A stretch of DNA of 64,000 bases from an uncultured Actinomycetota bacterium (GTDB taxonomy: Bacteria > Actinomycetota > Actinomycetes > JAFAQI01), in contig CAVYQE010000002.1 in the NCBI GenBank assembly GCA_963770565.1, forward strand, positions 448,001 through 512,000. The letters run 5' to 3'. A program made the translations under genes and the position numbers. The notes below the pieces were generated by a model. It made no database searches, was not told where the DNA came from, and was given only the letters and a program-made list of their open reading frames with translations. Shown piece after piece: positions 28,568 to 39,257 of this stretch. Position 1 is the stretch's first letter. Each line of letters opens with the position of its first letter.

Positions 28568-30364
28568 CTACGCTTGCGCGGGAACGCTGTACTTCTTGCT
28601 GTCCTGGAACGGGTCCTTGCTGAATAGGCCTTCGGCGTTGGTGCCCGCGCCCCAGTAGTCGACCCCGCCGGAGGCCGTGACCGCGTAGTAGCCGAGGCCG
28701 CCGACCTTGTCCACTGCATCGGCGACCAGGCTGGCCACCCCGCGCAGGGATCCCTTCCCGTTCGTGCTCACGACGGCGGCTGGCGTCTTGCTGCACGCGG
28801 TGTTGTCGCAGCTGTCTGGCCCGGTGATCTCTCCGTCGCCAAGTTGGGCGCCGGTGTTCTCACCCCAGCAGTCCACTCGGCCGGAGGTGAGCACTGCACA
28901 AAACCCCAGGCCAGTGGTGGCGAGATGGGTCACGCCGCTGAGGTTTCCGGTCCCGCCAGCGCCGGCGACCGGCTCCGGATAATTCTCCGCAGTCACGGGT
29001 AGCGTCTTCAAGCCGAGCTGCCCGACCTGGCCGTCTCCCCAGCAGTCCACCTGACGAGACTTGAGGAGGGCGCAGGCCGTGCCGCTGTCGCCCACGACGT
29101 CCGCGACGCCGCTCAGAAATCCAGTCCCTCCGACACCTTCCACTTGCACGGGAGCGTCGCTCGCCGATGTGCTGGCGCCCGCGCCGAGCGGGCCGAACCC
29201 CCAGCAGTCAACCCCGTCAGAGGTGAGCACCGCGCAGATCACGCCGCCTTCGGCGCTCAACTTGGCGACCCCGCTGAGCGTGCCGGTACCGCCGACACCC
29301 TCGACCTTGACCGGTGTGTCGCTGGAGTCGTCGCTCGTGCCGAGCGGATTCCTGCCCCAGCAGTCCACGGCGGACGAGGTCAGGAGCGCGCACATCCCGT
29401 TGCCGTTGCCGACGACGCTCGCGACTCCGCTGAGCGTGCCGCTTCCGCCGACCCGCTTGACCGCCTCGACCTTGTTACTGAAGGTTGCAGTTGAGCCAGT
29501 GCCGAGTTGGCCATACGAGTTGTTTCCCCAGCAGTCCACCCCACCGGCCTTGAGAACTGCGCAATAGCTGAAGGCGCCGCCGACCACGCTTGCTACTCCG
29601 GTCAGCTTCCCGCTGCCGCCGATGCCTTTGGCCGCCACCGGGTAGGCGGGCTGGATTGGGCTGGCGTTACCGAGATCCCCGTCGCTGTTGTCGCCCCAAC
29701 AGTCGACCGCGTTGGACTTGAGCACGCCACAGAAGCCACCGCCGTCGGTGGCAATGCTCTTCACGCCGGTCAGTACGCCGTGCCCGCCGATAGCTTTGAC
29801 CGGCACCGGCTTGTAGAGGAACTCGCTGGCGACTCCACTGCCGAGGTTGTCAGAGACGTTGTAGCCCCAGCAGTCCACCTTGCCGGAGTTGAACAGTGCA
29901 CATGAATCATTGGAGTTGGTGACAACGGTCTTCACGCCGGTCAAGAAGCCGGAGGTCGTTGTGGCGGTGATCTTCGCCACCCTGCCGTATTTGCCGGTCG
30001 TGGTGTAAGCGAATACCGCGAAGGAGTATTTCGTCGAGCGCGCGAGACCCTTAGCCGTCACGGTGTGCGCAGGCTTGTGAACCTTCGCGACAAGGTGGCC
30101 CTTCTTCGGAGTGGCTGGCGCCTTGGATCCCTTGGCGTAGCGCACGATCGTTCCCGCGAACTTGGCAGACGAAGGATTCTTCCAGGACAGCGACACCGAC
30201 GATGCGGTTCGCTTGGTCACCTTCAGCGACTGCACCGACTCGAGCGATCTCGCGCCCCGGCCGACCAGATGTGTGCTACCCGGCAGCGCGACGGCTGGCG
30301 CGCCAACACCGAGGCAACAGATAACAGCTGTGCCGATCGTGGTGAGCATGCGGCGCCGCGACAT
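28568..30364 (-). CDS. secreted FN3 + RCC1-repeat protein
   Basis: twin-Arg-like signal, SLSW..Y..L..YSF FN3, about seven VDCWG repeats. Confidence 0.85.
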   Translation of the reverse strand: MSRRRMLTTIGTAVICCLGVGAPAVALPGSTHLVGRGARSLESVQSLKVTKRTASSVSLSWKNPSSAKFAGTIVRYAKGSKAPATPKKGHLVAKVHKPAHTVTAKGLARSTKYSFAVFAYTTTGKYGRVAKITATTTSGFLTGVKTVVTNSNDSCALFNSGKVDCWGYNVSDNLGSGVASEFLYKPVPVKAIGGHGVLTGVKSIATDGGGFCGVLKSNAVDCWGDNSDGDLGNASPIQPAYPVAAKGIGGSGKLTGVASVVGGAFSYCAVLKAGGVDCWGNNSYGQLGTGSTATFSNKVEAVKRVGGSGTLSGVASVVGNGNGMCALLTSSAVDCWGRNPLGTSDDSSDTPVKVEGVGGTGTLSGVAKLSAEGGVICAVLTSDGVDCWGFGPLGAGASTSASDAPVQVEGVGGTGFLSGVADVVGDSGTACALLKSRQVDCWGDGQVGQLGLKTLPVTAENYPEPVAGAGGTGNLSGVTHLATTGLGFCAVLTSGRVDCWGENTGAQLGDGEITGPDSCDNTACSKTPAAVVSTNGKGSLRGVASLVADAVDKVGGLGYYAVTASGGVDYWGAGTNAEGLFSKDPFQDSKKYSVPAQA

Positions 30365-30532
30365 CAGGAGTCTCCTCTGGCCAAGGTGATGAGCACCCGA
30401 GTTAAACACCGCCCAGCGGGCGACCGCAGCCGAACGTTGACACATATGGGCTAGAGAGACCCGCAAAGCTATGAATGTCCGGCTCGAACCGCATCGGGTT
30501 GGGCCAAGCCTCCCGGGGACGCACCGTCTCGG

Positions 30533-30561
30533 ACGTCCACGTCCACGTCCACGTCCACGTC
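30533..30561 (+). repeat. hexamer tandem repeat (ACGTCC)x4.8
   Basis: read directly from the sequence. Confidence 0.85.
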
Positions 30562-30650
30562 GAACTCGGCTCGTCACGATTCGCGCTCGGCCTGCGCGCT
30601 CATCGTCGATCTGTTGCTTGGCAACGGCGAGTGCCTGGCTAGCAGGACGC

Positions 30651-32798
30651 TCAAGCGCCTCGCACCAGTGGGGCTACCACGGCGTCCTGGCCAGGATCGG
30701 GTACGGCTCGCGGGCCGGGGAGCGGTGGCTGGGGGATGCTCGGTCGCCTGCGAGCGAGTTTGGACGGCCACCAGATCGCATCGCCGATGTCGAGGTTGAT
30801 CGCGGTGACCAGGACCGAGCGGACGACAAGTGTGTCGAGGAGGACGCCGAGCGCGACCGCGAAGCCGATCTCGGTGAAGGTGGTCAACGGAAGCGTTGCC
30901 AGTACGGCGAACGTCCCCGCAAGCACCAGGCCGGCTGAGGTAATCACTCCACCCGTTACGGCCAAGGCGGTCCGTGCCCCGGTCCGGGTTCCGGCCCGAG
31001 CCGATTCCTCGCGTACCCGGGTCATCAGGAAGATGTTGTAGTCGATGCCGAGGGCCACCAAGAAGACGAACACGTAGAGCGGTAACGCGCTCTCGGCTCC
31101 GCCGTACCCGAAGAAATGTTTGAAGATCACGGCGCTGATGCCCAGCGATGCAGCGAACGACAGCACCACGGTGGCAACGAGGATCAGCGGCGCGAGGAGC
31201 GCGCGTAGGAGGACGGCCAGGATGCCGAACACGACGAGCAGGATGATCGGGATTACCAGGTTCCGGTCGTGGTGCGCGGCCCGCTCGATATCGAGGGTGA
31301 TCGCGCTGTTGCCGCCGACTTGTGCATCTGCCGCCGGCACCGCATGGACCGCCGCGCGCACGCGGTCGACGGCTGCATACCCGGCTGAGCTGTCCGGTGC
31401 GGACGTCGTCGTCGCCTGGATGAATGCCTGTCCGGAGCGAACGACTGGCCGAGAGATCATGGTCAGGCCCGGCACCGAAGCGACCGCCGCTCGCACTTGT
31501 GCGCGCTCGGCAGCGTTCGAGATGACGATGATCGGGCTGCCCGCTCCGGCCGGGAAGTGCTGGGCGAGCAATTGCTCACCGATGACCGCAGCGGGCCGGC
31601 TGGTGTAGGACTCGGCGTTGGTCAGCCCGTTCGCGTCGAGGTCCACGAGGCCGATGGCCATGACCGCGAGCGCGAGCGCGGTGAACACCCAGACCCGTCG
31701 CGGACGTCGAGCGATCCGGGCGCCCATCCGCGCCCATCCGCCGGTGGGGGTCGGATCGACCGAGCCGAACGAGGGCCGCTTGGGCCAGAAGATCCAGCGC
31801 CCGAGGATCACGAGAAGTGCGGGCAGCAACGTCACCATCGCCATCAGTGAAACGACAACGCCGATCGCGGCGACCGGCCCGAGATCCTTGGTCGAGTTCG
31901 TTTCGGCGGCGAGCAAGCAGAGCATGCCGATGCTCACCGTGCTCGCACTTGCGACCAGGGCCGGCCCGGCGCGACGCAATGCGATCGCCATGGCGTCATG
32001 GCGATCCTCGTTGCGACGAAGCTCTTCGCGGTAGCGGGCGACGAGGAGCAACGCGTAGTCGGTGCCGGCACCAAAGACGAGCACGGTCAAGATGCCCGCG
32101 CTCTGCGCATTGACCGTGAGGCCGGCGTGCGCGGCGAGCAGATAGATCACCGCCTCCGCGACGGCGAGCGCGACGCCCGCGCCGGTCACCGGCAGCAGCC
32201 AGAGCAGGGGACTCCGATATGTCAGCAGCAAGATCACGGTGACCACAGCAATCGCCGCCCAGAGCAGCGTGCCATCGATACCGGCGAACGCATTCGAGGA
32301 CGCCGCTGCGTAACCCGCGGGCCCGGTCACGTACACCGAAAGGCCAGGGTCGCCTCGCGCGATCGTCAGCACCTGGTTGACGACCTGACTCGATCGCTTC
32401 CAGCCATTGGGTCCCAGGTCGTACGGTACGACGACCTCCGCTGCCTGCCGGTCCGCGGAAATGACCGGCCCGGCGACCGGACCGTCAGTCTTGGCTATGC
32501 CCGGAAACCGGGCAGCGTTCGCGGTGATGTGCGCCCGGTCGGCCGCAGTGAGTCCGCTCGTGCGGTTGTACACAACAACCGCGTCGATCAGGTTGGGCGA
32601 AGTGAACGCGGCCTGGCGGTCGAGCACCTTTGTCGATTCGGCGCTGCCCGGCAACCAACTCATGGCCTCGTTGTGCTCGGCTCCGCCGAGTCGTCCGGCG
32701 AGCGGTGCCGCGATGCAGACCAGTGCGACCCAGAACGCAACGACGACAACCTTGCCGCGGCGCCCGACAATCAGCCGAATTATGCGGTCAATCTTCAT
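30651..32798 (-). CDS. MMPL family transporter
   Basis: GAGTDY..RYREE and GIDYNIFLMTRVREE. Confidence 0.95.
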   Translation of the reverse strand: MKIDRIIRLIVGRRGKVVVVAFWVALVCIAAPLAGRLGGAEHNEAMSWLPGSAESTKVLDRQAAFTSPNLIDAVVVYNRTSGLTAADRAHITANAARFPGIAKTDGPVAGPVISADRQAAEVVVPYDLGPNGWKRSSQVVNQVLTIARGDPGLSVYVTGPAGYAAASSNAFAGIDGTLLWAAIAVVTVILLLTYRSPLLWLLPVTGAGVALAVAEAVIYLLAAHAGLTVNAQSAGILTVLVFGAGTDYALLLVARYREELRRNEDRHDAMAIALRRAGPALVASASTVSIGMLCLLAAETNSTKDLGPVAAIGVVVSLMAMVTLLPALLVILGRWIFWPKRPSFGSVDPTPTGGWARMGARIARRPRRVWVFTALALAVMAIGLVDLDANGLTNAESYTSRPAAVIGEQLLAQHFPAGAGSPIIVISNAAERAQVRAAVASVPGLTMISRPVVRSGQAFIQATTTSAPDSSAGYAAVDRVRAAVHAVPAADAQVGGNSAITLDIERAAHHDRNLVIPIILLVVFGILAVLLRALLAPLILVATVVLSFAASLGISAVIFKHFFGYGGAESALPLYVFVFLVALGIDYNIFLMTRVREESARAGTRTGARTALAVTGGVITSAGLVLAGTFAVLATLPLTTFTEIGFAVALGVLLDTLVVRSVLVTAINLDIGDAIWWPSKLARRRPSIPQPPLPGPRAVPDPGQDAVVAPLVRGA

Positions 32799-33012
32799 GG
32801 CCCAACCCGTAGGGAAAGCGTCGACAACCGGTCACGTCGATCCTGGTCGAATCGCGTGACCCCGCGCCAGGGACGAAGGTCACCCATCATCGACGCAGTC
32901 GCATCGCACGGCTGATGGTGCTGAAGATCACAGCTGTCGGCATCAATCTCGGGACCTTCGTCCCTGCCAGCCGCTACGGCAATTCGCCATCATGGAGGGT
33001 GAGGAGGCAGCC

Positions 33013-33312
33013 ATGAGCGTCGAAAGCATGGAGCGGCCTGGACTCGAGACACAGCGGAACCAGGCGGAACGCGCCGCGGCAATCAGACGAATCCAGAACA
33101 AACGCGAGTTGATGACACATGCCGTGTCGTTCGTCGTCATCAACGCGGTGGTCGTGGTCATCTGGCTCACTACCGGTGGCGGCTACTTCTGGCCGGGCTG
33201 GCTGATCGGGCTCTGGGCCGCGGGGTTGATCCTCCACGCGTGGGACGTGCTCAGGCGGCGCCCGATCACCGAAGCTCAGATCGACGCCGAACTTCAACGC
33301 ATGCAGCGTTAA
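33013..33312 (+). CDS. 2TM domain protein
   Basis: GYFWPGW..W..LILHAW; GAGGAGG RBS. Confidence 0.8.
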   Translation: MSVESMERPGLETQRNQAERAAAIRRIQNKRELMTHAVSFVVINAVVVVIWLTTGGGYFWPGWLIGLWAAGLILHAWDVLRRRPITEAQIDAELQRMQR

Positions 33313-33319
33313 GACCCTT

Positions 33320-33380
33320 GTTGATCATGGCGTTTGACGCGATCTGAAGCCCGATTTGGCCGCTGTTCGCCATGATCAAC
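33320..33380. repeat. 61-bp REP-like palindrome, family B
   Basis: GTTGATCATGGCG...CGCCATGATCAAC; same ends and length as 63732-63792. Confidence 0.8.
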
Positions 33381-33870
33381 TGGGCGGGAGCTGTTGGTAG
33401 ACACCGACCAGCAGGCCGTAGCGCGGCTGGTCGGCACCGGCCTCTTCCGCATCGACGACGAGCTCAGCGAGGCTGGCGGCGATCGCCTCAGCCTGCTTCG
33501 TCGTGAGTCGCAGGTGCCGCAGTGTCAGCAAGGGCTCCGGCGCCGCGTCGGCGATTTCGGCGGCCACCGCTTGAAGGGCGGCAGCGATCGGAGCCGGCTG
33601 GTCGTCGGGGATCCTCATGACCGGTGCGACCCGCTGGTAGTAGCGCTCGGTTCCGCCGCGCACGGTCCGAGTGGACACGAGTGTGACGAGGCCGGCATCG
33701 CAGAGCGACTTCAAGTGGTGCGCGACGTTGCCCTTGTTGGTGCCGACCACACTCGCGAGCTGGCTGATCGTTGCCGGCTCGCTCAGCTCGAACAGCAGCC
33801 GCTGCCGGGTCGGGTGCGAGAGCGCCTTGAAATGCGCGGGCTGAGAAAGCTCCATCGGTCGGTCGGTCAC
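33376..33870 (-). CDS. ArsR-like winged-helix regulator
   Basis: KALSHPTRQRLL..VAHHLKSL..GLV. Confidence 0.85.
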   Translation of the reverse strand: MTDRPMELSQPAHFKALSHPTRQRLLFELSEPATISQLASVVGTNKGNVAHHLKSLCDAGLVTLVSTRTVRGGTERYYQRVAPVMRIPDDQPAPIAAALQAVAAEIADAAPEPLLTLRHLRLTTKQAEAIAASLAELVVDAEEAGADQPRYGLLVGVYQQLPPS

Positions 33871-33891
33871 GAACTCAAGTGTTGATGCTTC

Positions 33892-34836
33892 TTGACGCTT
33901 TCGCAAGCCGATGGTTTCCTCGACGCCGTGAACCGCAACGAGACCTCCGGAGTCATCGACGAGGTGATCCGGCTAATGGAGGCGCACTATCTCGACCCCG
34001 TGGTCGCTGCCGAGATCGTGCGCATCCTCAGAGCCCGACCCGCCGACGAGCCCTATCCCTCAGATCCAGCCGCGCTCGCCGATGCCGTGACCGCAGATCT
34101 CCAGTCGGTCAACGGCGACAAGCACCTCAGGCTGATCCATCACGAGAACGCACTGCCCGAACGTGCGCCCGGCGACGATGCCGAGGAATACGCGGCGATG
34201 GCGCGCTGGGTCGACCAGACCTGCGCCGGGATCTCCAGGGTCGAGGCGCTGCCGGACAACGTGGGGTACGTCGAGATCCATCCGGTCCTGTTTCCGGTCG
34301 CGCTCGCCGGCGACGCGGTCTCCGCGGCGATGAGCCTGGTCGCGTCCACAGACGCGCTGATCATCGACGTACGCCGCTGCCTTGGCGGTGAGCCGGCCAT
34401 GGTCGCGTGGTTGTGCAGCTACCTCTACGACCGCGATCCTGTTCAGCTGACCGGCCTCCAAGAGCGCGCCGTCGTCACCCAGTCCTGGACCCTTCCGTTC
34501 GTCCCGGGCCGACGGTTCGGCGCGTCCAAACCGGTCTATGTGCTGACGAGCGCAACGACGTTCTCCGGAGGGGAGCAGCTGAGCTACGACCTGCAGCAGC
34601 TCGGCCGCGCCACGATCGTCGGCGAGACGACCCGAGGTGGCGCACATGCCCGCGAGGGTTTCCGGGTGCACCCACACCTCGAGGTGACGATCTCGGTCGC
34701 CCGCGGTCACAACCCGATTTCCGGCGGCAACTGGGAAGGCACCGGCGTCACGCCTGACGTCGCAGTACCTGCGGACGAGGCACTGGCCTGCGCACAGTCC
34801 CTCGCGCGCGATCATCTCGGCGCGGACGTCGGATAG
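33892..34836 (+). CDS. S41 family peptidase
   Basis: IIDVRRCLGG, TFSGGE, VGETTRGG, GVTPD. Confidence 0.9.
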   Translation: MTLSQADGFLDAVNRNETSGVIDEVIRLMEAHYLDPVVAAEIVRILRARPADEPYPSDPAALADAVTADLQSVNGDKHLRLIHHENALPERAPGDDAEEYAAMARWVDQTCAGISRVEALPDNVGYVEIHPVLFPVALAGDAVSAAMSLVASTDALIIDVRRCLGGEPAMVAWLCSYLYDRDPVQLTGLQERAVVTQSWTLPFVPGRRFGASKPVYVLTSATTFSGGEQLSYDLQQLGRATIVGETTRGGAHAREGFRVHPHLEVTISVARGHNPISGGNWEGTGVTPDVAVPADEALACAQSLARDHLGADVG

Positions 34837-34869
34837 CCGGCAGCTCGGAGGCTCAGGCGCTCGCCACGG

Positions 34870-36144
34870 TCACGAGTCGTGAAGGGCGTAGATGTCGAGC
34901 GTCGACGATTCGGGCACCCGGTTCGGCGCCCTGACCACAGCGATCCGACCATCTCCGATCGCAAGCCCGCTCGTGGCGAACGGCCACAGCCGGGTGATGA
35001 CCTGCCCGCTCGACGCACTCAGAACCTTTCCGTCAGCCAGGTACAGCACGCGACCAGCCGTCGATGCGAGCGTCGATGAGTCCGCCGTTTGCCACAGCCT
35101 GACACCGGTCATCTCGAGATAACCGCAGACCACCGACGCCCCGCACTTGACGTACACGGCGCGATCGTCGACGGCCAGCACGTTTGTAGCTCCCGAAAGG
35201 TGGAATCGCGTGATCCCGGTCGTGGCGTCAAGATCGCTGATCGAGTCATTCCCGCTGAGACCGTTGATCACGTACACGTGCCCGTCGGCTCCGTCGTCGC
35301 TGCCGCGGATGACCCGCCAGCGCCCGGGACGCGTCCAGATCCGCTCACCGGAGATCAGACTGAGCGCTTCGAGTGACGTCGAGCCGGCGCCGCGGTCGCA
35401 GGCCGTGACAATCACCAGGCTGTGTACCACGGCCAGTGGCTGGTGGCTCGCGCAATCCTGGTGTTGGGTCCAGAGCAGCTGCCCGGAGAAGGCCTTGTAG
35501 ACCGAGATGGTCTGTCCGTCGCCGGCGGCTGGACCAGTTTCGACGAGAAACGGCTTGGACTCCACCATTTCGGCGACCGGGCCCAGCTCCGGGCAGTTGT
35601 TGGGTGGGCAGGACGACTGTCCCGGACCGATCGCCCAGGCGGGTTTGCCGGTCGCTGTGTTGAAGGCGTACATCACGCCGGCGTCAGGCGCGTTCCGACA
35701 CTCACGTCCGGACACGACGACCAGACCCTCGCCAACCGCCAGGGACGAGAGCTCGATCGCGCGCGCAGAGTTTGGTTTTGCTCGCCAGACAAGCGCTCCG
35801 GTCTGCGCGTTGTACATTGTGACCTGGCCGTTTTCGATCGCGAACAGCCGACTGCTGGTGAAGGCGGGCGAGCGCATCAGCGGGCGCCCCGGGCAACGCG
35901 ATGCATCAGTCGGAGCCGCGAGAACCTTCCAGAGCGCCGTGTGCGCCACCGTCTGAGGGGTCAGCGTCGACTCGATTGGGTTGGCCCGACTCAGCGCGGC
36001 GTCACCGTCGGTCTGCGCCCACGGAAGTGCCGTCGGTCCCGACACTGGCCGAAGCTCCCCCGTGACGTCGAGAAGGCCGATCGCGACGACCGCCGAAACC
36101 GCCATGGAGATCCCGACACCGAACACCCGCCACATCACCCTCAT
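34870..36144 (-). CDS. PQQ-like beta-propeller membrane protein
   Basis: N-terminal TM; repeated xTGxxxW motifs. Confidence 0.75.
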   Translation of the reverse strand: MRVMWRVFGVGISMAVSAVVAIGLLDVTGELRPVSGPTALPWAQTDGDAALSRANPIESTLTPQTVAHTALWKVLAAPTDASRCPGRPLMRSPAFTSSRLFAIENGQVTMYNAQTGALVWRAKPNSARAIELSSLAVGEGLVVVSGRECRNAPDAGVMYAFNTATGKPAWAIGPGQSSCPPNNCPELGPVAEMVESKPFLVETGPAAGDGQTISVYKAFSGQLLWTQHQDCASHQPLAVVHSLVIVTACDRGAGSTSLEALSLISGERIWTRPGRWRVIRGSDDGADGHVYVINGLSGNDSISDLDATTGITRFHLSGATNVLAVDDRAVYVKCGASVVCGYLEMTGVRLWQTADSSTLASTAGRVLYLADGKVLSASSGQVITRLWPFATSGLAIGDGRIAVVRAPNRVPESSTLDIYALHDS

Positions 36145-36294
36145 CAGCAGGTTCTCTCAATCGACAACCGCACAGGAGCGTGCCCCCACCTTCGGTGCAG
36201 CCGGCGCCGTCACCATGGGCGGCGACGTCTCAACGTATCTGCGGAGGCAAAGGCTCGTTCGGAATTTGCCGAATTGGCTGCCGATCGACGACGT

Positions 36295-37365
36295 TTACCG
36301 CTGATTGGCGGCCGCCGGCAGGGCCGGCGCCGGCTGGTGCATCGCCATCGGCCGGATTACCCGGCTGATCGTCTGGTCACGCCCGGTGGCCTTGGCGGCG
36401 TACAGCGCTTCGTCGGCGGCGCGGTAGGTGTCGGACGGCGCGCGGCCGACTTCGTGGACCGTGACACCGGCGCTCAAGGTGGCGAGCGGCGCACGAGCCC
36501 GCCACCCCGACACCACGCGATCAACAGATGCGTAAACCTGGGTCCGGTCGGGCTGGCGGAGGATCAGCATGAACTCCTCGCCACCCATCCGCGCGACGTC
36601 GTCGCCGACCCGGACCTGGGCGCGCAGGAACTCACCGAGCTCCTGGAGCACCTGGTCGCCGCGCGCATGGCCGAACCGGTCGTTCACCACTTTGAAGTGG
36701 TCGAGATCGAGCAGCGCCAGCGCATCGCCGGGCTGGAGGCGATCGAGCATCTGGTTGCCGAATCGGCGGTTGCCGAGTCCGGTCAGGTCGTCGGTGAGGT
36801 TTGCTTTCGCGAGTGCATCGACCGCGCGTTGCTGCTCGCGCGCCAGCTTGTGGGTTGCGTCGACGTTGGCGGCGATCACCTCGCCGGCCAGCACGGCGAC
36901 CGGGATGATCAGCACGACCGCGCCGATCGAGCCCGACGCCTCCGGCGCGCCGAATGCATACGGCAGGAGGTACGCCGCAACCGCGAACGGCGACATTGCG
37001 AGGCAGGTCCCGCGCCGATGCCAGGAGCCGATCCAGAGGAAGACCAGCACGAACCAGATCCCCAGCGTCGGCACCGGCAACGCGCCGACGACGTTGTTGA
37101 GTGCGATAGCGGCCATGCCCAGCAGCGCGAGCAGCAGGGACCGGTATCCGGTCAGTCGGTTTGCCAAGCGGGAGAACCCGAGCAGGCCGATCAAGAGGTC
37201 GGCCGAGTCCAGCAGTTTGCTGCCATGACCGACCGCGGCCGGCATGAAGTCAGTGATCAAACCGAGGGCGCCGGCCACGACGAACAGCACCGCGGCCTGC
37301 CGGACGGCGCGATGGTCGGACGAGGGGGCGACGTCACCCTGACGGCGCCTCCAGTGAATCGTCAC
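36295..37365 (-). CDS. membrane diguanylate cyclase
   Basis: DDLTGLGNRR, DLDHFKVVND, RMGGEEF. Confidence 0.93.
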   Translation of the reverse strand: MTIHWRRRQGDVAPSSDHRAVRQAAVLFVVAGALGLITDFMPAAVGHGSKLLDSADLLIGLLGFSRLANRLTGYRSLLLALLGMAAIALNNVVGALPVPTLGIWFVLVFLWIGSWHRRGTCLAMSPFAVAAYLLPYAFGAPEASGSIGAVVLIIPVAVLAGEVIAANVDATHKLAREQQRAVDALAKANLTDDLTGLGNRRFGNQMLDRLQPGDALALLDLDHFKVVNDRFGHARGDQVLQELGEFLRAQVRVGDDVARMGGEEFMLILRQPDRTQVYASVDRVVSGWRARAPLATLSAGVTVHEVGRAPSDTYRAADEALYAAKATGRDQTISRVIRPMAMHQPAPALPAAANQR

Positions 37366-37454
37366 CGCAGGATCATCGGCATTCCGCGTCGGTGACCTAA
37401 CGCCGGCGCTGGCGCAAGCGCACGGGCACGGTTAGGCCGAACGACGTAGTGCGC

Positions 37455-37589
37455 TCAGACGCGGTGTCCGGTCAACACGTGTGCGATACCGACAATCAGG
37501 GCCAGGATCAGGCCGAGCCACAGTATGTGCGCGGCAAAGCCGAGCCCGGCAAACAGGACGAGCAGGATGATGGCGACGATCAACAGCAC
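37455..37589 (-). CDS. small hydrophobic membrane protein
   Basis: 44-aa hydrophobic ORF after a GAGGAG RBS. Confidence 0.65.
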   Translation of the reverse strand: MLLIVAIILLVLFAGLGFAAHILWLGLILALIVGIAHVLTGHRV

Positions 37590-37647
37590 GGCGGTCTCCT
37601 CAGAGTCGGGCCCGAGGGCCAGGGTAGTTTGGCGTGGATGACGCGAT

Positions 37648-37848
37648 TCACTTGCTGGGTGTCGGGAGCTTGCAGTGCACCTTCGGGTTGGCGCCGACGT
37701 AGTTGAGCGGGCCCGCAACGATCGTGACCGCGGTCGTGCTGTCCTTCGCGCAGTTGGTCGCCTTGCCGCTGTAGTAGTGACGCTGACCGGCAGCCAGCGC
37801 ACCGATGACGAGCCAGACGATCACGAGCATTCCGAGCAGCCTGAACAT
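37648..37848 (-). CDS. small membrane hypothetical protein
   Basis: GGGAGG RBS; WLVIG..AGPLNY motif. Confidence 0.7.
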   Translation of the reverse strand: MFRLLGMLVIVWLVIGALAAGQRHYYSGKATNCAKDSTTAVTIVAGPLNYVGANPKVHCKLPTPSK

Positions 37849-38026
37849 GTCAAACCTCCCAATCGCGGCGTGCAGGCGTCACGGCTGTGCGATCGGCAGC
37901 ACAGACGTGATGTGAGTACCTCGCCGACGTGGCAACGTCGACAAAGGTGTTAGCGCGAAGCGTCCATGCCAACGACGAAGATCGGCACCGCTTGCATAAC
38001 GAGGTCATACCCCGCCGCGGCGATGA

Positions 38027-38509
38027 TCATGCCTCGGCGCGCGCCTCAATCCGTGATCGACGCACAACGCGGTGACGACGTCGCGGCGCCTGGAGGGACA
38101 ACAAGCCCAGCGCGGCGATCGCGAGCAACGCCGGCGTAAGGAGCAATCGCCAGGTCGATTGCGGCTTCGCCGCCGCGACCGCGGTGCTCAATGTCGAGGG
38201 ATGTGCTGGATCGGTCACCCCGGTGATCGTCGCCCCCGGCCGATAGCGGCGACTGGTGCCACCGATCACGTCGTCGTACCTGACTCCGGCGAGGCTGAAG
38301 GTGCCATGGCACCGATACCCGGCCACCGTAATACCGGTGCCGGACGCCAGCCCCAGACAGTGGGTGACCGTCACCGGCACCGCAACCCCGTGTCGCTGCA
38401 AGCGGTCGGCACGAACGATCTGATGGACCGCGCCGATCCCGAGCACCAACGCGAGAAGCGCGAACACAGAGACGCAGCCAACCGCGGCCACGCGGGCGAC
38501 CCGACCCAC
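38027..38509 (-). CDS. membrane hypothetical protein
   Basis: two TM helices flanking a beta-rich domain. Confidence 0.6.
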   Translation of the reverse strand: MGRVARVAAVGCVSVFALLALVLGIGAVHQIVRADRLQRHGVAVPVTVTHCLGLASGTGITVAGYRCHGTFSLAGVRYDDVIGGTSRRYRPGATITGVTDPAHPSTLSTAVAAAKPQSTWRLLLTPALLAIAALGLLSLQAPRRRHRVVRRSRIEARAEA

Positions 38510-38567
38510 CTCGACGTCCGCGCCGGCACCACCGCGGATGTAGCCGGTGCCACGGACAACCGCCGAG

Positions 38568-39175
<608 letters not shown>

Positions 39176-39257
39176 CTTCGATCCAATCGTGGTCCGCCCC
39201 GTCGGCCGGGGCTGAGAGCGGAAGCGAGGTGTTGCAGTCGGCACCCGAGGGCTCGCG

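Noticed and set aside
28750-28767. ATCCCTTCCCGTTCGTGC resembling a right TIR plus partial TSD
   Set aside because: It lies inside an intact RCC1 coding frame and needs a 3-nt gap; likely chance.
35422-37395. Long antisense ORFs (also 39588..40931, 48473..50146, 62317..63816)
   Set aside because: Shadow frames of well-supported genes in high-GC DNA.
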